Assembly: GCA_001819335.1 (NCBI GenBank) | Contig: MHMH01000021.1 | Location: 1-62,835 of the forward strand | DNA: 62,835 bases | Source of the DNA: Candidatus Nealsonbacteria bacterium RIFCSPLOWO2_01_FULL_43_32 | GTDB lineage: Bacteria; Patescibacteriota; Minisyncoccia; Minisyncoccales; MHMH01 | Reading direction: 5' to 3' | In this document: positions 56,681 to 62,835 of the stretch, in pieces | How the letters are laid out: each line of letters starts with the position of its first letter | Position numbering within the stretch: the stretch's first letter is position 1 | Notes under the pieces: generated by a model | The model's input: only the letters and a program-made list of their open reading frames with translations | Database searches by the model: none | Told to the model about the DNA's origin: nothing | Translations under genes and position numbers: made by a program

Positions 56681-57827
56681 AAAGTTCAGAGATTATTACA
56701 AATTGACCGCCATCATGCTGTTGAATATTTGCCTGCTGTTTATATTGGTTAATATTCTCGGCTTCGTCGGTATCAATATCAGAGAAAATTACTTCAAACA
56801 AAAGACCGTTATCGCTGAAAAATACGGAGAGGCGGCTCTGGAACGGGTTTATCCCGGGTTGACCGCCCGAGAGATAGCCGAAATCCAAAGAGAAAGCTGG
56901 AGTAATGTGTATCTCTATGAACCTTTTACTCAATTTAAAGAAAGACCCACTTCCGGCAACTACGTTAACGTGGCTGAAGCGGGCTTCAGAATTACAAAAA
57001 ATCAAGGGCCGTGGCCTCCCGATCCGGAAAACTTCAACGTCTTCCTTTTCGGCGGATCTACGACATTTGGCTACGGATTGCCCGATAATCAAACTATCGC
57101 TTCCTATTTGCAGGATTATCTTTCGCAGGTGAAGGAAGAGAGGGTGGCAGTGTATAATTTCGGCCGGGGCGCTTACTTTTCTACCCAGGAAAGGATTTTT
57201 TTTGAACAATTGCTAACTTCCGGCCACATTCCCGATCTGGCTATATTTATTGACGGATTGAATGAATTTTATTTTAACCAACCGCTGTTTACTAAACATT
57301 TGGAACAATTCCAACGATTCAACGGAGAACCCCTTGGGGCTCTGAAATTTTACGGTTCAATGGAAATAAAAAAACTTCCGATTACCAGGCTTGCCCGATT
57401 TTTTGGAGATTTGATTATCAAGAAAGAAGAATTAAGCGAGAAAGTAGCATACAACGACCCTTCTGTAATCAACCAATTAATTAATCGTTATCTTGAAAAT
57501 AAGAAGATCATTGAGGCCGCAGCGGCAGTTTATGAGGTAGCGCCCATTTTTGTCTGGCAGCCCGCTCCGAATTATAAATACGACCTGCAATATCATCTCT
57601 TTGCGGGCAATGGGGATTTTGACGCTAACAATTATATAGAGTACGGATATCCTCAGATAGCAGAGATGTATGAAAAGGGATTGCTGGGAGATAATTTTTT
57701 CTGGCGCGCGGACATCCAAGAAGGAATCAAAGAGCCCCTTTATGTCGACAAGGTTCATTATACTGCCGGGATGTCCCAAAAATTAGCAAAAATAATCGTT
57801 GATTTATTATATAACGGAGCCGACTAA
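56664..57827 (+). CDS. Membrane-anchored SGNH/GDSL hydrolase-fold protein
   Basis: N-terminal TM; block I FGGSTTFG, block II NFG, block III DGLNE, block V DKVH. Confidence 0.88.
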   Translation: MKINFRKFRDYYKLTAIMLLNICLLFILVNILGFVGINIRENYFKQKTVIAEKYGEAALERVYPGLTAREIAEIQRESWSNVYLYEPFTQFKERPTSGNYVNVAEAGFRITKNQGPWPPDPENFNVFLFGGSTTFGYGLPDNQTIASYLQDYLSQVKEERVAVYNFGRGAYFSTQERIFFEQLLTSGHIPDLAIFIDGLNEFYFNQPLFTKHLEQFQRFNGEPLGALKFYGSMEIKKLPITRLARFFGDLIIKKEELSEKVAYNDPSVINQLINRYLENKKIIEAAAAVYEVAPIFVWQPAPNYKYDLQYHLFAGNGDFDANNYIEYGYPQIAEMYEKGLLGDNFFWRADIQEGIKEPLYVDKVHYTAGMSQKLAKIIVDLLYNGAD

Positions 57828-57828
57828 A

Positions 57829-59232
57829 ATGTTAGATATTTTGTTATTGGCGCCTTCGGACGTAGCGGCCTTTGGTAAAATAGATGTAAAAAAAATTGAC
57901 GCCGACCTCTTTCCGCTGGGGATAGCTTATATCGCCGGATTTTGCAGGAAAAAAGGATATTCCGTCGACGTGGTGGACCTTAGATTATTTGGCGATGAGT
58001 GGGAGCAAAAGCTTAAAAATAAAATTATTTCAGAAAAACCGCGTTACGTCGGCCTAAGCTGCGTGACTCCCCTAATCCGGGAATGTCAAACTATCGCCTC
58101 TTACGTCAAAACCATCGATAAAAATATCAAAATCATTGTGGGCGGTCCGCACCCCACCGTCCTTCCCGAAGAAACGGCCAAATTGGCTGAATTTGACATC
58201 ATCGTCATAGGAGAAGGCGAATTTACGGTTGCTGAAATATTAAAGAACGGCGACTTGGGCAAGATTAAGGGAATAATTTATAAAGAAAGCGGTAAATTAA
58301 TCAAAACGGAACCAAGGGAAATCAACATGGACTTAGATCAGCTTCCCTGGCCGACCTACGACCTGATTCCTATTAATAATTATATCAATCCTTTCTTCGG
58401 AAAATCAGTAATTATAGCTACGGGCAGGGGCTGTCCGTTTAAGTGTATTTTCTGCCCCTCTAATTTGATTGGCGGGGGGAAATACAGATTAAGAAACGTG
58501 AAGAATGTGGTGGATGAAATGGAGTTTTTATATAAAAAATATGGCATTAAAGGATTTATGATAATGGATGAGACGTTTACATTATATCCCGATCGCGTAG
58601 TTGAAATTTGCGATGAAATAATCAAAAGAAAAATAAAAATAAAATGGGCCTGCGACACCCGGGTCAATACCGTTTCGGAGGGACTTTTAAGAAAAATGAA
58701 GGAAGCGGGATTTCGATTGATCAAATTCGGGATAGAATCCGGAGACGATGAAATTTTAAAAATAATAAAAAAGGGCATCACCGTAGCTCTGGTTAAAAAA
58801 GCCGTGAAACTCGCCAAAAAGGCAGGTCTAGAAGTCCACGGTTTTTTCATTATCGGCCACCCCTACGATACCGAAGAAACAATTTTAAAAACCATCGGCC
58901 TTGCAAAAGAGTTGCCCTTGGATTTCGCGCAGTTCTCCATTATGGTCCCCTTCCCCGGCACGGAAATTTACAATATGGCAAAACAAGGCAGGGGCATCAC
59001 TCTTTTATCGGATGATTGGAATAATTTTAAAAAATACGGAAAACCGATTATTGAGCTTCCTACGGTTTCAAGGGAAGAACTTGAGAAATTTCATGCCATA
59101 GCTTATAAACAATTTTATTTCAGACCTTCTTATATCATCAAAAGGTTCTTCAAAACAAAGCCGACCGAATATCTAAATTTATTCAATAAGGCCTTGGCAT
59201 TGTTTAATTTCATGAAACAATCTAAAATCTGA
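57829..59232 (+). CDS. B12-binding-domain radical SAM protein (start probably 57829)
   Basis: PLGIAYIA, GGPHPT, GEGE, GRGCPFKCIFC, GIESG and PFPGT. Confidence 0.93.
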   Translation: MLDILLLAPSDVAAFGKIDVKKIDADLFPLGIAYIAGFCRKKGYSVDVVDLRLFGDEWEQKLKNKIISEKPRYVGLSCVTPLIRECQTIASYVKTIDKNIKIIVGGPHPTVLPEETAKLAEFDIIVIGEGEFTVAEILKNGDLGKIKGIIYKESGKLIKTEPREINMDLDQLPWPTYDLIPINNYINPFFGKSVIIATGRGCPFKCIFCPSNLIGGGKYRLRNVKNVVDEMEFLYKKYGIKGFMIMDETFTLYPDRVVEICDEIIKRKIKIKWACDTRVNTVSEGLLRKMKEAGFRLIKFGIESGDDEILKIIKKGITVALVKKAVKLAKKAGLEVHGFFIIGHPYDTEETILKTIGLAKELPLDFAQFSIMVPFPGTEIYNMAKQGRGITLLSDDWNNFKKYGKPIIELPTVSREELEKFHAIAYKQFYFRPSYIIKRFFKTKPTEYLNLFNKALALFNFMKQSKI

Positions 59233-59240
59233 TAACTGAA

Positions 59241-60290
59241 ATGTTATTATTATCAAAATTGAATACGGGACTGCGCATGATTCCTGCCATTTTAAAGGCT
59301 AAATACATTAAACCGGTGCCTATTTTTTGCCAATGGGAAATTACCTACAATTGCAATATGGATTGCCAATTTTGCATGCCGAAAAGAAACATCGCGTTAA
59401 AAAAGAGATCCCCCGAATTAACCACAAAAGAAGCGATTGATATCATACGACAACTTGCAGACCTGGGAACCAAGATACTAAATTTCTCCGGCGGAGAACC
59501 AACCTTAAGAAAAGATTTGCCCATCCTTATTAACGAGGCTAAAAAAAGAAAGATGGCCGTGTTTTTCAGTACCAACGGTTCAACGCTTAAAGACACGGCA
59601 AAAAATCTTTGGGAAGCCGATATGATCAGGGTCAGCATAGACGGTCCCAAAGAAATTCACGATAAAATCAGAAGACACCCGGGGGCTTTCGATAAGGCCG
59701 TAGCCGGGATAAAAATATTAAAAAAATACGGGAAAAAACCGATGATTGTAACAGCCGTAAGCAACTTAATGGAATTCAAAGATTTGATATGTATGGCGGA
59801 ACTGGCAAAATCACTGGAAGTCCAAATTGATTTTTCAATGGTGGGAATTTCTCTTCCGGCTACTATCATAAACCCTCAAAAATCAGATTTAATGAAAGAA
59901 CAGACACAACTTGTTTCAAATGTAAACTGGTTTATTGAAAGTATCGCCAAGTTAAAAAAAATGTACGGAAAAACGATCGCGAATCCCAGTATTTATCTTG
60001 AAATGCTTAAAAAGGGAAGTTTGGCTAATTTTGGTTGTAAGGCCCTGACCGCCAATATCTCAATCAAACCCAATGGGGCTGTAGGGTTTCCTTGCGATAA
60101 TTATACAATGGGATTAGCCCAAGGAAATTTAAGAGATATCTATTTCGGTAAAAAAGTCAGCGAGGCAAGGAAGTTAACTGGAAAATTTTGGTTTTGTCAT
60201 CTCTGCTACAGCAGGTGCAATGGTTTTTCAACTATGCTTCTTAAAACAAAACACCTATTGAGCATATTAAAATCTTATAAAAGTTTTTAG
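59241..60290 (+). CDS. Radical SAM protein with SPASM/twitch-like C-terminus
   Basis: CNMDCQFC, SGGEPTLR, TNG, SIDG and C-terminal C...PC...CHLCYSRC. Confidence 0.9.
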   Translation: MLLLSKLNTGLRMIPAILKAKYIKPVPIFCQWEITYNCNMDCQFCMPKRNIALKKRSPELTTKEAIDIIRQLADLGTKILNFSGGEPTLRKDLPILINEAKKRKMAVFFSTNGSTLKDTAKNLWEADMIRVSIDGPKEIHDKIRRHPGAFDKAVAGIKILKKYGKKPMIVTAVSNLMEFKDLICMAELAKSLEVQIDFSMVGISLPATIINPQKSDLMKEQTQLVSNVNWFIESIAKLKKMYGKTIANPSIYLEMLKKGSLANFGCKALTANISIKPNGAVGFPCDNYTMGLAQGNLRDIYFGKKVSEARKLTGKFWFCHLCYSRCNGFSTMLLKTKHLLSILKSYKSF

Positions 60291-61102
60291 TTTCTTAATA
60301 TTAATATGGTAGCTTCGGGAGGACAAAATAATCTTATGGGCATTGTTTTATTTGCGCCCAATCCCCCGCTGACATGTAAATAATAACCGTGATAATTATA
60401 CAAACCCTTATTGTATGCTCGCTGAAAAGAAGACAAGGCAACAAGAGGCCCGATCGATGGGAAGCGTATTTGACCGCCGTGCGTATGCCCGGAAAGCGCT
60501 AAATTTATTTTAATATTGCCTAATTCTTTTAGTAAATCCGGTATATGACTCAATAAGACAACGTACTCCTCTGGCGAAATATTTGAAAATAGCCCTTTCA
60601 GGGGTATTATTTTTTTTGAAAATCTGTTTGTATTTTTATATCTATCAAGGCCGAAAGGCGCGTCTACGCCAATAATCGTTAAGGGCACCGAGTTAATATT
60701 TATCGTTTTCTTCTCATTGATCAAAATTTGAATGCCGTTTTCTTTTAATCTGCGCCGAAGGAGTTCCAAATTATTTTTCTTAGGCTCGCTCATGAGGCGG
60801 AAAAAAAACGAGTGCAATATATTAAAATCAAATCTATCATGATTGCCGAGACAGGCCCAAATGCCGAATTGGGGGGAAAGTTTTTTCAGATATTTAACGC
60901 ACCACTCGATTCCGTCATTATTATCTATTAAATCGCCGGTTATCAGGACGAGATCGCTTCTAATCTTTTTTAATTTTTCAAAATAACGTTCTATTTTCCT
61001 ATTTCTCCCGGCGAGATGTAAATCAGATATATGAAGAATGCGAAGTCCGTCTAATTTTGAAAAAACATCGCTTAATTTTATATTTATTTCGTTAAGTCTC
61101 AT
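60287..61102 (-). CDS. Calcineurin-like metallophosphoesterase (YkuE/YaeI-like)
   Basis: HISDLH, TGDLID, LGNHD, LSH.PD, SGHTHGGQ and R..CPPE. Confidence 0.93.
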   Translation of the reverse strand: MRLNEINIKLSDVFSKLDGLRILHISDLHLAGRNRKIERYFEKLKKIRSDLVLITGDLIDNNDGIEWCVKYLKKLSPQFGIWACLGNHDRFDFNILHSFFFRLMSEPKKNNLELLRRRLKENGIQILINEKKTININSVPLTIIGVDAPFGLDRYKNTNRFSKKIIPLKGLFSNISPEEYVVLLSHIPDLLKELGNIKINLALSGHTHGGQIRFPSIGPLVALSSFQRAYNKGLYNYHGYYLHVSGGLGANKTMPIRLFCPPEATILILRN

Positions 61103-61121
61103 ATTTTAGGAGATATTCTTG

Positions 61122-62579
61122 CTAAAACCTCCCCTTTATCCTAAATTCGCGCAAGGCGTTAATAAGTTCTTCGCTTTTTCCTTGACCAAGCAAAATAAGC
61201 AATTTGAATGAATCTAAGGGATGTAAAATTGAGAATTTTATTACATCGAATAAAAAAGAAGGCTGCTTAATATATCCCGCTACTGTTTTTTTTAAATTAT
61301 CTTCTAGCAGATTATTGTATATCTTGTGCAATTCTCCAGGAGTAAAATTCATAGTAAACTTGGGAGTTGCGTTACTCTCCCAGCTCAAATCATCGCTCCT
61401 TAAATCCAGCCATTTGTTTTCAAGAGTCTGTTGATAAAGCCCGGTCCCCGGATAGGGAGTCGTAAAGAAAAGACCGATATAGTCCGGTTTTATTTCTTTA
61501 AGCAGTTCTTTTGTTTTTTGAATGTCTTCCATGGTTTCATACGGCGTTCCTATCATAAAAGTCGCCAGCGATCTCAATTTATATTTTTTACAAATTTTAA
61601 AAGCTTTTTTACTTTGCTCCACAGTAATCCCCTTTTTAAGATAATTCAGAATGTTTTGTGAGCCTGATTCTACGCCAAAATCAACCTGCAGACAGCCCGC
61701 CCCTTTTAATGCCGCCGCTTGAGTTTCATTAAAGAAATTTACCCGGGCCTGACAGCCCCATTTTAAGTTCAGGCCTGATTCTCTTAACTTCCTGCAAAAT
61801 TCCACAACTCTCTCCGTTTTTACCGTAAAAGTATCGTCTAAAATATCAAATCCTTCGATCTTATATTTTTCGCTCAAAAACTTTAATTCTTCGATCACAT
61901 CATCAATGTTCCTTTCTCTCACCCCGTAACCATGGGTAAGGGAACTCGCACAAAACGTACACCTCCCCGGGCAGCCTCTTGAGGTAAATACCCAGCCATT
62001 TCTCAGCCAATAGCCCCTGATAGAATAATTTCGGGCCAAATAACGGTCCATGTTAATCAGATTGTAGGCCGGGAACGGTATCTTGTTTACATCCTCATAA
62101 TTGGTTTTGGCGTTTATCCTGATCTTATTATCCGAATCCCTGTAAGCTATCCCGTCTATGCTCTCTTTTTTGATTTTGCCCTGATAATAATCAATAACCC
62201 TCAAAATAGTGCCCTCGCCTTCTCCTAAAATGACGATGCCTGCTCCGGCATTCAACATATCTTCCGGCAAGGCGGTGGCATGCGGTCCTCCGATTACGAG
62301 CGGTATCTCTTTTCTTATTTTCTTAAATGATGAAATTAATTTCCTGACAATCTTCACATGGGCCGTCATGCAGGCGATGCAAATCAGATCCGGTTTTTTG
62401 CCGATAATTTTTTCAACCAGCCCCTCCCTCTCGGGATCAAAATTTTCATTATTATAGGAATCGAATTCGATGATTTCAACCTTATGATTTGCCCTTTCTA
62501 AAACCGCCGCCAAATAAAGCAGACCGAGCGGAGGCGAGAATCCAATCTGGGGATTTATTAAAATTATATTGGCTCTCAT
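61122..62579 (-). CDS. B12-binding-domain radical SAM protein
   Basis: PPLGLLYLAA, GGPHAT, GEGE, TSRGCPGRCTFC, DDTF, GVESGS and TPYPGT. Confidence 0.94.
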   Translation of the reverse strand: MRANIILINPQIGFSPPLGLLYLAAVLERANHKVEIIEFDSYNNENFDPEREGLVEKIIGKKPDLICIACMTAHVKIVRKLISSFKKIRKEIPLVIGGPHATALPEDMLNAGAGIVILGEGEGTILRVIDYYQGKIKKESIDGIAYRDSDNKIRINAKTNYEDVNKIPFPAYNLINMDRYLARNYSIRGYWLRNGWVFTSRGCPGRCTFCASSLTHGYGVRERNIDDVIEELKFLSEKYKIEGFDILDDTFTVKTERVVEFCRKLRESGLNLKWGCQARVNFFNETQAAALKGAGCLQVDFGVESGSQNILNYLKKGITVEQSKKAFKICKKYKLRSLATFMIGTPYETMEDIQKTKELLKEIKPDYIGLFFTTPYPGTGLYQQTLENKWLDLRSDDLSWESNATPKFTMNFTPGELHKIYNNLLEDNLKKTVAGYIKQPSFLFDVIKFSILHPLDSFKLLILLGQGKSEELINALREFRIKGRF

Positions 62580-62835
62580 TTTTTAGTAATCCTGTTTAGG
62601 TAATTGAACATGTAGCTTAAAACCATATCCGGGTGGCGGACAATGAAATATCCGTATCTCTGTAAAAATATTTTGGGGTTTCTAAGAACAAAGTTAAGAT
62701 TCAGCAGAAGCGTCTCTTTGATATATATCTTTTCCAAATCTCTCTGGGAAAATTCTTCTGTTTCGATATTGGCGCTGGTAAACTCAAACTCCTTAAAGCT
62801 GAAATCCTTTACCAGGTATCCTTTCTCCCGGCATT
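62576..62835 (-). CDS. 3' end of a truncated CDS, probably another B12-binding radical SAM protein
   Basis: Open minus frame CREKGYLVKDFSFKEFEFTSANIETEEFSQRDLEK...RITKK*, with TGA overlapping the next ATG; resembles the C-termini of neighbouring paralogs. Confidence 0.6.
   Translation of the reverse strand, partial: CREKGYLVKDFSFKEFEFTSANIETEEFSQRDLEKIYIKETLLLNLNFVLRNPKIFLQRYGYFIVRHPDMVLSYMFNYLNRITKK

Noticed and set aside
56502..57209. 235-aa minus-strand ORF and other antisense or nested ORFs in the track (e.g. 3781-4266, 12109-12549, 30302-30742, 58380-58850)
   Set aside because: They shadow well-supported genes on another frame or strand and show no recognisable motifs.
53207..57827. 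Saxitoxin biosynthesis (sxtIJKL-like genes)
   Set aside because: Core genes sxtA, sxtG and sxtB are absent from the window and the context is glycan synthesis.
1..62835. Alternative genetic code (TGA=Gly) or RNA genes
   Set aside because: TGA ends many intact genes, often in ATGA overlaps, and ORFs are full length in the standard code. Intergenic gaps are short and no tRNA cloverleaf or rRNA was recognised.

Overview
Gene-dense, AT-rich bacterial window using the standard code, with no RNA genes or CRISPR seen. It is most consistent with a Patescibacteria/CPR (Parcubacteria-like) genome; this is an inference from the SecA SEC-C variant, short palindromic repeats inside genes and near-leaderless promoters. 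Bases 1-13 kb hold an IS end, ASCH and NIF3-like genes, secA, an EamA transporter, an ECF S component with DUF1893, a polyamine operon (pyruvoyl Arg decarboxylase, deoxyhypusine-synthase-like enzyme, agmatinase), murB, a secreted metallopeptidase and an O-antigen-ligase/TPR protein. From 13 kb to the end is a surface-glycan locus of about 50 kb that runs off the window. It contains a priming transferase and flippase; a PhnDCE importer between two LicC/PntC-type cytidylyltransferases plus a CDP-alcohol phosphotransferase; a CMP-ulosonate-like module without a synthase; a full ADP-heptose pathway; a second GDP-heptose/octose pathway with an SIS-transaldolase fusion; 12 complete radical SAM genes (9 with a B12-binding-type domain) plus one partial; and an SxtK/I/J/L-like carbamoyltransferase module. 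Best leads: (1) the DUF5989 peptide ends in a DltX/AlgI-type FIYxxF motif beside an SGNH protein, suggesting a carbamoyl relay to the cell surface; (2) phosphonate scavenging for surface decoration; (3) an identical 18-bp direct-repeat operator at the promoters of a BldC/Xis-like HTH gene and the phosphonate module; (4) palindromic repeat families, with covarying stems in intergenic copies and in-frame copies inside genes.
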